DNA of 64,000 bases from Bispira polyomma (lineage: Eukaryota), in assembly GCA_965649765.1 (NCBI GenBank), contig OZ287749.1, positions 64,170,001 to 64,234,000 of the forward strand. Reading direction: 5' to 3'. The translations under genes and the position numbers were made by a program. Shown one piece after another: positions 53,850-64,000 of this stretch (position 1 is its first letter; the number at the start of each line of letters is the position of its first letter). The notes beneath the pieces are model-generated. The model saw only the letters and a list, made by a program, of their open reading frames with translations, had not been told where the DNA came from and did no database searches.

Positions 53850-56205
53850 ATTCATTATCAGCAGGGAGTCCACACATGTAGATATGCCGGGTCGTTACCT
53901 CCCACAGGATTTAATTGATGATGTACACAGCCATTTGCTTCAACTGACAGACACTTACTTTAATCTGAATGTGATAAGTAAAACAATAGGGAGGCTTAGT
54001 AATCAGTGTAGAGGATCATATGATCACGTTTTGCAGAAAAATCCAAAGATGAAGTCTTTTCTTTACAATCTGCTGATTGATACCCAGGGTCTTGGTCATG
54101 ATTATCAGCCAATGTGCCATTATATACGGCATAAGATGTTGAAAGATAATCCAGATCTTATAAAAAATGTTATACTATCAGGGAGTGTTGCAGAAGGTGC
54201 TGATGTGTTGTTAGGATATCTTCCTGATGTTGATATCATGTATATTGTTCATGAAGACATTTTAAAGAAAATAGGGATAATCCCAAAGAGAACAGATCAC
54301 TTGGTTTACACATTCATCCCCAAATCACCCGCATATGTTAGGGTCTCAGCAATGGAAGATACAAGATCACTAACACGTGTCAGCAACATCCAGTTCAAGG
54401 AAATTATGAATATTCATGACAGCAAAACTCTGCATCCATTACTTGAAACATTTAGAAAATCTAAGGATGCCATCTATACACCAGATGGGGCCAAAACAGG
54501 TGGACCGGCTATATCAGATTTTCAGCACCGTGATCTTTCAAAAGTAAGGTTTATCAAAGATGCAGATAAAATGATTTTGCCAAATTATTCAAAATTTGAT
54601 CATGTGTTTGCTGTTCAAATATCTCAAACATATATGAAACCCATTTTAATGAATTGGGTGGAAAGGATACTAACAAAACAGGTATTTCCAGTATGCCAAG
54701 TAGAGTACCTTGTCAAATCATTTAAGTGCTATTTAGTTCCAGTCGGAATATGTCCAAAGGATGAAGATAATTGGAGGTTGTCATTTTCCGCTGTAGAAAA
54801 GTCGATGTTTTCACTTTTTAGTGACAACTGTAGAAATAGCTACAGACATGCTAAAACCATTCTGTGTGCATGCTCAATGTTACCATCATTCTACCTGAAG
54901 ACGGCACTGTTTTGGCTACTTGAGGATATACCACATACCAAAAGGATGCAATTGAGACCACAATTATTTGTCAAGTCTGTTCTACAGAAACTTCTTATCT
55001 TTATCATAAAGGGGTTTCTGCCGAACTATTTCATTCCAGAGCAAAATCTGTTACAAGGTAAATCGACACCAATTTTAAGAAAAATGAGGTGTCAACTCGT
55101 AACTTGCTTGACTTACCTCGAATCTTATCCATTGAATTACATCAACAAGGTATATACCATGTTAGACTGTGAGTCATTGAAAGACACCATGGCTCATCCA
55201 AATCCAAATCCTATAATATTTTATAATCTAATTAAGAATCTTCTTTTACAGATATTGAGTTTAAATTTGGCATTTTTTTTTTACACAATGCCTAATCAAT
55301 ATGGTGCAATGATACCAGTGATCACGTATCTGTATTTGGCTAAAAACAGTATTGATAGTTTCTATTCCTGCAGTGATATACCAATGTCATGTTTTGTGGA
55401 AATGTGTGTTGCTGTCATGCTCAAGTATTCCTCCAAGGAGCCTTCACATTCTTCGTCTGTGGGGCAGGAGCTTCCAAGCAGCCCCTATGGATATGTATTG
55501 AACATGATGTGGACAGAGTTTCGTTGGGTTTTTGATGGCAGCTCCAATGCAGTAATGAAGTTATTTAGCATGGAATATGATTGGCTATTCAATCGAAGGG
55601 AAGGTTCTTTCTCCGAAAGATCAATTTCTGACAATGTAGAACAGATATTATCCTGCAATCCTTGTGACTATACAACAGTTGCACTTAGTAGCAAGGTACT
55701 CAAACATCTAATGATTTGCATAAGTACACTTTTTCTTCCTGAAATGAATATGTTATGTGCCACCAACCCAGAATGTCGTACATGTATATACATAGAAAGC
55801 CGGAAGCAACATGACTTGTATGGTATGGAAACATTTCTACGCAGTCAAGTATTTAGGTATGTTGATGAAATGCAAGAAATACCTCTTAAATCACCCAACT
55901 CAGAACAACTTAGGAGGTTTGAGGAAATACACAAGGCAGATATTAAACTGATGATTTCCTATGCTAACTTTTGTTTATGTCTTGGTGAAGTGGCCAAAGC
56001 AAACGAAGCTCTTTTTCGTATCAAGAGAGTTGTCAGAACAGATACCACCGTGGCTTTTAGTACATGGCAAATGCCCACTTTTGAGCACTGTGAAGAGTTG
56101 AAAGCTTACATGAAGCATTGTAAGAGGGCTACTCCACTGGGAATCCAGGCTGTCCATGTCAATGCACAACATGTGTGCAAGCTTTTGATGGAAAAATTTA
56201 AGTGA
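53850..56205 (+). CDS. Mab-21/cGAS-like receptor (cGLR) nucleotidyltransferase with C-terminal extension
   Basis: Open 794-codon frame; catalytic motif ILSGSVAEG-x9-DVDIM, third acidic residue in FDHVFAV, LVPVG, WRLSFSAVEK, SFYLKTALFW, LPNYFIPEQNLL. The attttgcag acceptor at 53849 suggests the exon starts at 53850; first ATG thereafter at 53884. Confidence 0.92.
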
Positions 56206-56494
56206 GAGTGGAGAGGATACCAATGAAGTAAATACAAGTATATTGCACAGTAAAGTATATCAGAAAGTTTACCATGAGACAGTGCCCAGGGTGTCGGTCA
56301 GATGAGACAGTGTCAGATTTAAATACATTATGCTCCACTGGTTTCCCACTAGTATTTAGTAGTCAATAGGGTCAAGTTGTTTACAAAAAGTATAGCCTTT
56401 TGTGTGTATATAATGCCCGGGAAGAAGTGCTACAAAGAACACATCCTGAGCCGTTTGGCTTTTTGTGTATAATAACATAATTTATATACTGTGA

Positions 56495-56751
56495 GGTTTG
56501 AATTTGAATTTGGATATTTAACGTCTACTCTAGTACCTCTTTAGGTTATATTGGGACGGGTAGTTGGAAACGCTGGAGGAAACACTGCATACATTTGATC
56601 AAGGTTCTACACTGAAACCAGCGGCCCACAGTAAGTAACTACCACCTTTCCCACATAGGCATCGACGGGACATGAACTTATGCCGCCCAGAGGTGAGAGA
56701 CCAGTGATTGTGAAGCGCAATGCTTGCTAACCACTAGGCCACCGCGGCCCC
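56495..56751 (-). mobile_element. Full-length tRNA-derived SINE with 11-bp TSD
   Basis: Minus strand starts ggggccgcggtggcctagtgg (A box), B-box-like agttcatgtcc, (ttcaaa)n tail; ATATACTGTGA at 56484-56494 and 56752-56762. Confidence 0.88.
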
Positions 56752-57559
56752 ATATACTGTGAAGTCAGTCTGGCGGCCACTTAAGGCCAGGTCATTGGCT
56801 CAGTCCTCACTGTAGTTCTGCATTTTAAAGTGATTGCTATGCCTTTTTAAGAGTAGCGTCTTCAACATCGACACTCTAGATGTTTTATTGTAACATTGTT
56901 AGAAACACTGTAACCCCAGCACCTCTAAACTAGTGTTTTAAGTTTACATTCTACCATATGGCCATATGGACATTGAAATGTTTACATTCATTTTTACAAT
57001 ATGTATAACTACTAGACTATATGTTAAAATCATTGTTGCACATAAAAACTCTTTTATCTAAGTACACCTTAACTATCAAGTTGAGGGTATGTGGTTTAGG
57101 TAACTGTAACTAAAAATATCTACTGTGCATTTTAGAAAACAAAAGTTAAGGTCATCTTACTGGTGTGCACGTCAAGTTATGTAGTATTAGAAGTAGTTGG
57201 TATATTTGTTTATGGACTAATATTTCAACAGTATATATATATATATATGTGTGTATGTCTAGTATTAATAAAAGCCAAAGACTTATGTTGGTGTGCTTAT
57301 GTCCAGGTCCCAATGTGACAAATTGGGAGTATGAATGAGATTGAATCAGAAATTCTGCATAGTTGGTAGCCTGATGATTCCCTATTCCTCCATACTTCGT
57401 TCAAGGTGGGACTACCTGTATTTTAAACTGTTTGAAATTTTCGCCATCACTCGCCTTTTTTTGCCACCTAAAAGTCGCCATAGATTGTAGCAGCTTCTCT
57501 ATTTATCTTGCCGATTAGTCTTCAGAATAGGATGTTATGTCTTTACGTGCTACTATTGT

Positions 57560-58150
57560 ACAATAAATTGAAGTGGAAGCAGCGGCACAACGGAGGTAAC
57601 TGGAGTATGAGGATAAATTAAAGAGGATGGGTGAGCCAGAAAAGGGCCGCTTTATTATTGAAAATTGTCAAAGAAGATGGCTGGCACTAATTGATATGCA
57701 ACAAGTGACTCTTGCTACCACCACAGTTCAACCCATATACAAAAATCCACACCAAGCACTGATCAAACTAAGACACCAGTATTCTCAGTCTATAAAAAGA
57801 AACAGCCTTTCGAATTACCAAAACACAGGGACTGATGTAGGTGACATTTTATGGTGAATGATTCCAGGATCCAGCAACAGTCATTAGTGCAGGCAATCCA
57901 GCTTCGCAAGACAGAGCTAACGCTCTATGATGGGAATCCATTGGAGTACCATTCCTTTCTGCAGTCTTTTGACAACTCTTTTCATCATGAATCAGTGCCA
58001 GATCATGCAAAACTTGATCGTTTAGTAAAGTACACCACAGGAAGAGCAAGTAAGGTAATACAGTGCTGCCTTTCTAAACCCCTACTGCATTAGCAAGACA
58101 GTTGTTGAAAGACAGATTTGGAAATCCAGATCACATCATCCAAGCATACA
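57560..58150 (+). pseudogene. BEL/Pao retrotransposon gag (DUF1759-like) remnant, 5' part
   Basis: QLRKTELTLYDGNPLEYHSFLQSFDNS...AKLDRLVKYTTGRASKVIQCC...ARQLLKDRFGNPDHIIQAY, typical of BEL/Pao gag. Confidence 0.85.
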
Positions 58151-58575
58151 GTCTCACCCCAGTTATTATAGGTTTAGTTAAGTGGGTTGGAAAGGCAAGA
58201 TGCAAACACAGTAAGAACAACGCATTAACTCGTTTGGAATTTATTAAAACACACACACACAATTCTTTAAAACTATTACGTAATCCCCAGAATGAGGTTC
58301 CCACATGATCTAGCCAACCTGTTTGAGGTGACCTTAACTTTTGTACATATTCTGTAAGGTTACTCTTAAGTAATCCGAATTTCCGCATTCTGTTGATGGT
58401 TTCCTTAAACTGCACTTAAGGTGCCCTTAAGTTGTGGTGTTTGAGGTGTCCTCAAACCGAAGATTACCTACACTACATTCTACGTGACTATCAACTAAAA
58501 CTATGTACATTAAGTATGAATTGTAATATGTATATAATGTAAATAACCAAACCCATAGTAGTTAATTGTTGTATT

Positions 58576-59553
58576 TCACTGTGGATGTAGGTGTGTGCGG
58601 AAGGCCCTAGCAACCGAACCTGCTGCATCAGGTGTTTTAACAAGGTATTTCCATATGGCGTCTGAACGCCAGCCACCGTGTACTTTTATGTAGTCCATGT
58701 CTACATCATGGTCGAATGCCCATGAGGCCCCTGATCGTCGTAGGGCATGGAAGCCATATTCAGATGTTTGTAAGCCTATGTCCCTAATAGCCTGAGAAAG
58801 GACTTGTCTAACCTGATAAGCTGTGACTATCTTGATAGAATGTTTTTTTACGAAATTGGAAAAGGGGGACCTTAGCTGAAGCAGAGGGAGGTGGTGTTAT
58901 GGCCCTGAGGGCCTGTACTGGACACAAGGGGGACCCTGGGAGTGCTGGCAGTTGGACAACCTGTACCTGGCCTGACACCTGCCTATTTTTGGCACATTTT
59001 GTTAATAGGTATGCTCCTGGTAGGCCCCAAACTACATCCCTAGGGGTGGGGTGTCGTGAAGGCTGGAAAAGGGAAACTTTGGTGGGTACCAGTGTAGCCA
59101 ACCTGAAAAACCCGAAATAACCCAACAATATTATAGCCTTATAAACCTCTGCCCCGGGGAAGTGTTGTATCTGTGAGATAAGTTATGTCAACTTATGAAT
59201 GGAGAGAACCCCCTTGATGTTGTACCTGAGAGGTGCATTATGTGATACCGACTTGAGTACAAGTGCAATCTTTTTGTGTGAAAAAATGTGAGTAGGGAAG
59301 CCGTACATATGGAGTGTGTGCTTAAGGACTGTTATGTACCCTTGAAGGGTCTGTGCCCTGAGCCTTTGCTGTGCTAAGTATTCTAGAAACAATAGTACCG
59401 ACTGTAAGTCATGAGGGGAGTTGATCTGTAAGTGTACAAGAAAGGCTGTATAAAGCCTGAATTTTGCAGTGTAAGCTGTTGAAGTTCTTGTCCTAAAACC
59501 CGTAGTCATTCTTCTGTTGACATCTACAAGTAGTTCCCTTGCCAGTGGGTGAC
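58576..59553 (-). pseudogene. Tyrosine recombinase of element 2 (one stop, one frameshift)
   Basis: GYFGFFRLATL (catalytic R), AKNRQ, SPLCPV, YGFHALRRSGA (HxxR), HGGWRSDAIWKY (catalytic Y); stop at 58576. Confidence 0.93.
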
Positions 59554-59561
59554 CTACAAGA

Positions 59562-61260
59562 TTAAATTGAATAGTTAGTAGACAACCATTCTTGGTCAAT
59601 AGTGAACCACTGACAGGCTTTAAGATGTTGAACTTCAGCTTGTTGTAAGTTACAATAGTGATTCCAACGCGAAAGAATGTCAGCGTATGTATTGTCAATG
59701 CCACGTACATGTTGAACTGAGATGTCTATATTGTAAGCAGCTTGCATTAACCTTAGTGTTCTTGCACAGGTGTTTAGAAATGTATCTTTGCCCTTAAACT
59801 TGTTTAAAACGTGGACTACTGACATATTGTCACAGTGTATACAAATTTTAGTGTTGGCCCATTTTGGTGCCCATAGTCTAAATGCCACTAATATATTACA
59901 CATCTCAAAATGAACAATTGTGAAGTTGTTTTTATAATGCTGGGGAATATCTATTGTATATACATTGTTGTCCCAGTATGCCCCCAAGCTTTGTAAGGAG
60001 GCGTCAACATAAACCTGATGTGCAGTGGAATGAACTCTGTGAATGGCTGTCACCCCATTGTATTGTTCTAGAAAAAGGCAGAACCAATTTATGTCCTTGT
60101 GAAAGGCTTCAGTTAATGTTACCGTCGAGTGAGGGAGGGTGCCCCTAAGAACTCCCAATATACGGTTTACAAATAACCTCGCAGGTCTGACACATCTATG
60201 GATGTAAATTAGCTTGCCTAATAATTGTTGTAACTCCCTGCGTGTAGCTTTTGTTTTTGTTCTCCATTTGAAGCAAATGTTTTTAACTTCCTTTAACTTG
60301 GGGGAAGGTATAGTTAAAATACCCGTTTTAGCATTGACATTAATACCCAAGCACGTCATGCTTTCTGAAGGTTGGTCTACTTTATCTTGATTAATGGGTA
60401 AACCCAGATCTATTATTAGATTTTTGAGGGATAGAAAAGCACTGTTAGCCTTTCCTGGAAGCGCTATCCCGAGACAATCATCCAAATAAGAACATACCCA
60501 GTATCCCCTAGAATGCATCAAATAAGTAATACAGTCCGTGGACATTTGGCAGGCGCATGCGCCCGAGGATAATCCAAAGGGTATGCTTATGTCTACATAG
60601 TAACATCCGTCCCAATTTAAACCTAATCTCGTGGATCACTTCTAAGGTTTCTGTATGCCCTTTTTAAATCGATTTTAAATAGTAGTGCTTCAGAACCTAG
60701 CAGGGCTATTTTATCAGTGATATTGTCAATGGTAGGGTACTGTAACTTAAACGCTATATTATCAAATACATCTTTTGGTATAGCACTGTTGACACTGCTG
60801 TCCTTGGGCCAAGACAAATCAACAATAATTCGCCTGCTGCCATCTGGCTTGGGTCGGGTCATCATTGGTGATACATGTAACTTGGGGAAGGGACTGGTAG
60901 CTAGTGGGCCTATTATGGCCTTATACCCTACTTCCGTGTGTAAGTATGTATTGACATGCTGAGGAAAGTTTACAGCTGAAGCGTGATTCTGTGCCTTTGT
61001 ATTGTACTGGAAATTGTCATAGTCTAGTGAAAGGGGGAACCCATATTCTAGGTACTGGCATACTAACTTAAAGTCATAATCGTGGTATTTATACCACGCT
61101 CTGATATTAAACTGTGAAGGCACAGGAATTCTCACCCCTTTATAATTTGGGTTATTTGATACTTTTGTAAGGGCATTAGCTTGTGTAACCCACTTGGCCA
61201 TATTGTTTGCTTTGGCAGTGGGGGGGAATGAAGTTGGGTAATTGTTCTGGAATAAAACCC
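59562..61260 (-). pseudogene. RT-RNase H (pol) of element 2, frameshift near 60623
   Basis: RIIVDLSWP, YPTID, KIDLKRAYRNL, PFGLSSG, YLDD, VDAS, HFEM, CDN, NTYADILSR; no methyltransferase domain. Confidence 0.95.
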
Positions 61261-61979
61261 CTAAGCCACTCTCTTAGGCTGCCTTTGTGAATTGAAATAT
61301 TAATTGAGGTGACACTCAGATTGGCCAAGTGATTGCTGACACTATTGTTAGACCTTAATTGGTTAATTCCTACACGGGGGCAACTTGTCCCAAATTGGCC
61401 TTGTATCAAAGCTTTGTTTACACAATCAGACTGGCATGTATTACTCTGTGAATAGGTATCCCCTAACACACTATGTATTGACATAAAGCTGTAGTTGTAA
61501 CTTAAGCTTGTTGTGGTAATATCAGCAAAGACTAAGCTCTGCGTTAAATGAACCTCGTCGGTTGCTATATTGACACTTGTTATACTATGCTCCACCTCTG
61601 AAATACTATTGAGACTAATACTGTCATTGGCAGTGTGAATAATACACATGGTATGTGTGTCGTTCATGTATGAATTATATGACTTGAGTATTCACTAGTA
61701 ATGTTTATATTATACAATTGTTCCTTAAGGGGATTATTTTTGACATTCTGAAAACTGTTTCTGGATACGTTCATATTCAGGTCTTTACCCATTTGTACAA
61801 GTTTGCCCCAACCAAGGGTACTGACATTATCTCGAGATCACCACTGACATTTACAATACCCCAGATGAATGTTCTCCCAGAATTTGCTAACTTTATAATT
61901 TACCTCGGCAAAATTTTGTTTTATTTGACTCTTGTGGGGGGCAATTATATGTAAATTGTGGCTCAGACCTGAATTGACA

Positions 61980-63178
61980 TTAAACCTTCTGTTCCACTTT
62001 CTCATCCTGAGCTGATATTTTTGTACCCACTTCCTTAGCTTTTCGATTACATTTTGCCTCTGAGTGTTCATAATTTCTACGTACTACGCGAAAACAATAT
62101 CCACATGAGTGTTTCTGCATGCGGCCTCCCTCAAAGTGATCACCATCAAATTTACATGCGCCTTTAGCAAATCTGGTACAAACATTGACTCTCCCATGCT
62201 GATCTTTAGAAGCAGCATTCTGTAGGTCCCGTTTTTATACCCACTACTGACCTTCAGAGCTCGCTGTGTAAACCTTTGACGTATTCTGTCAATCCCGACT
62301 TGGTCGTCCCAAGTTACTAGGCTCCTCTCAATCTCTGAGAGAATGGCCGCGTGTGCGCGTTTCGCCGTCGGCCAGGATAAATCTATTGCATCTTGCATCA
62401 GATTGTACTGATACGCAAGCATGTTTTGTCGGGTTTTCTCTTCTACTTCTTGAGCTATACAACGGGAGAATCCCTGAGTCCACTGAAAAATGGAAAGTTC
62501 CTCATAGGTGGGCATTTTCATAGCCTCAGTAAACATACAATGTTCGTGGGGCCAAGACACGGCTACTTTCACCTTTTGGTCCCCCAGTCTATACCGCCCC
62601 GATTTAACTAATTTATTTGTACTCATACCTGGCAGTTCCTCGCGAGATGTGTCCTCATACATGCGGAGGCGTCGGTCAACTTTGTCTTGCACTGCTGAAT
62701 CAGTCCTCAAAAATTCCATTGTGGGTAAGCGACGGGATGTTGTGGGCCTTTCCACACTGCCTTTCCCTGCGTTATGGCGTTTAGGCGAACTGGTAGCCGA
62801 GGGCCGAGGTGCTGATGAAAGCACCGAATTGCGTTTGTCCTCCTGCCGTGCCATTCGTTCCTCCAAGTCATCGAAACGGTCCATAATCGCGTCCAATTTG
62901 GCTGCTACATCTGCACTGGCCACTCGTTTAGACTTCCCCTTGGTACTTTTAGGACGGCTGTCCCGGAAGGGAGACTGATCTCAGTTTAGTGAGGCATCAG
63001 CTGGCCGGCTTGGCCCAGGTTCCTGTCGGGGTGGGGAGAATGCTGATGACAATAGCGACTGTCCAGCAATTCTCTTCCTGGGGCAATCATCTCCTACTGG
63101 TTGCTTGTGTGTAGATCTGCACATATTACATCTCTTCTCAGATCCTTTACTCCGTGTTTGATATGTTTTCGGTCCCAT
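61980..63178 (-). pseudogene. gag-like ORF1 of element 2 (frameshifts near 62980 and 62230)
   Basis: N-terminal CxxC...H...C, coiled-coil, KSGRYR..WPHEH, TYEELSIFQWTQGF, C-terminal Cys/His cluster (CTRFAKGAC...H...HSCGYC...H...C). Confidence 0.88.
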
Positions 63179-63468
63179 ACTGACCCACTAAAACCCTAAA
63201 ACGTGTATATGTCTGTATTATTAAAAGTTACAGTAAAATATCCTAGGTTGTATAACATAAAACATCAATGTAAAAGGTTGAGTGAGTTTTTGATCCACAC
63301 CTTCCAAGCATTTATTCTAGAATGGTGAATATAATGCTTGGGCCCCTAAGCCTGGGGTTTTTGGCGGGAAGCAGTGGTTTGTGGGTAAACTTGCTAATGA
63401 TTAAAATTGCGACAGGGAGAGAGACTGATACCTGACGCTAGCCTTTATAAGGCGCGCGTTCAACTTAG

Positions 63469-63770
63469 ATGAAGAAAATACTCAATAGTCCCAAGTTAAT
63501 AGAAAGTGCCCAGCGATTGAAATATGCAGATGACCTACGTGCTGCATGGAAACATTGAGAACAACAAATGCTGTGACAGAAATAAACACTCGAGAGAAAC
63601 TGCATGTAATCACAGAGAAATTACCAATACCTGGCTCGTCGCTGGCTCACGAAAGCACATAAGATCAAAACAGTCTCTCTAACTATTAAAGACCTAGTTG
63701 AATTTGTTACTGATGTGGCAGAGGAAGCTTCAGATCCAATTTCGGCAAGCTGGCTTATGGAAGAAATATC
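63469..63770 (+). pseudogene. BEL/Pao gag remnant, 3' continuation
   Basis: MKKILNSPKL...YADDLR..METL...EIN...ITEKLP.YLARRW...DLVEFVTDVAEEASDP.FGKL continues directly from IIQAY at 58149. Confidence 0.85.
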
Positions 63771-64000
63771 AATGGAAATCAATGTACCTAGCAATTGTTG
63801 CAACTCTCTACGTGTGGCCCTTGTTTTATGTCTCCATTCAGTGCATAGTTGTGTGACTTCCCTTAGTTTTTGATCGGGTATTGTTAAAAGACCTGTAGAA
63901 GAGTTTATATTTATACCTAGACACGTTACACTTTGTGCAGGGGGGTCGACCTTGTCATAATTTATGGGAAGCCCCAAGCCTTCAATTAGGTTCTTAAGAG
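63771..64000 (-). mobile_element. RT fragment of a third YR retrotransposon, related to element 2
   Basis: LKNLIEGLGLPINYDKVDPPAQSVTCLGININSSTGLLTIPDQKL...RATRRELQQLLG closely resembles element 2 RT; truncated at ~63771 and runs off the window. Confidence 0.9.

Larger units (their letters stand above)
58151..63468 (-). mobile_element. Tyrosine-recombinase retrotransposon 2 (DIRS order, Ngaro-like), lightly decayed, inserted in BEL gag
   Basis: gag, RT-RH and YR on the minus strand; both ends defined by the interrupted BEL reading frame. Confidence 0.93.

Noticed and set aside
56680-56751. tRNA gene
   Set aside because: The A/B boxes belong to a SINE head with body, tail and TSD; no cloverleaf is evident.
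56890-57320. 5' LTR of the BEL element
   Set aside because: TG start, AATAAA and a ...TGTGACA end are suggestive, but there is no second LTR or clear PBS in the window, so it is not called as a feature.
62508-62978. 156-aa plus-strand ORF
   Set aside because: Antisense shadow of the GC-rich gag ORF.

Overview
AT-rich, repeat-dense eukaryotic DNA, most likely an invertebrate (lophotrochozoan/mollusc-like; an inference from gene and repeat content). Host genes: (1) the 3' part of a multi-exon, two-Ig-domain, probably GPI-anchored Dpr/ZIG-8-like gene on + (exons 14091-14307, 19094-19384, two candidate 27-nt micro-exons, terminal exon 23564-23703; 5' exons not found in the window); (2) a Mab-21/cGAS-like receptor (cGLR) with an uninterrupted ORF and a long C-terminal extension (53850-56205). 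Mobile DNA: two near-complete, decayed tyrosine-recombinase (DIRS-order, Ngaro-like) retrotransposons (~38983-46163 +; 58151-63468 -), a third RT fragment at the window end, a BEL/Pao gag remnant split exactly by the second element, plus PIF/Harbinger-type MITEs, tRNA-derived SINEs and an L2/CR1 fragment. Most notable observation: both diverged YR elements carry a GT donor at the same codon in gag and a branch point plus AG acceptor just before the recombinase ORF, both phase 1. Splicing would remove the gag core and RT-RNaseH and give an in-frame Gag(N)-tyrosine recombinase fusion. Coordinates were read by hand and may be off by a few bases.
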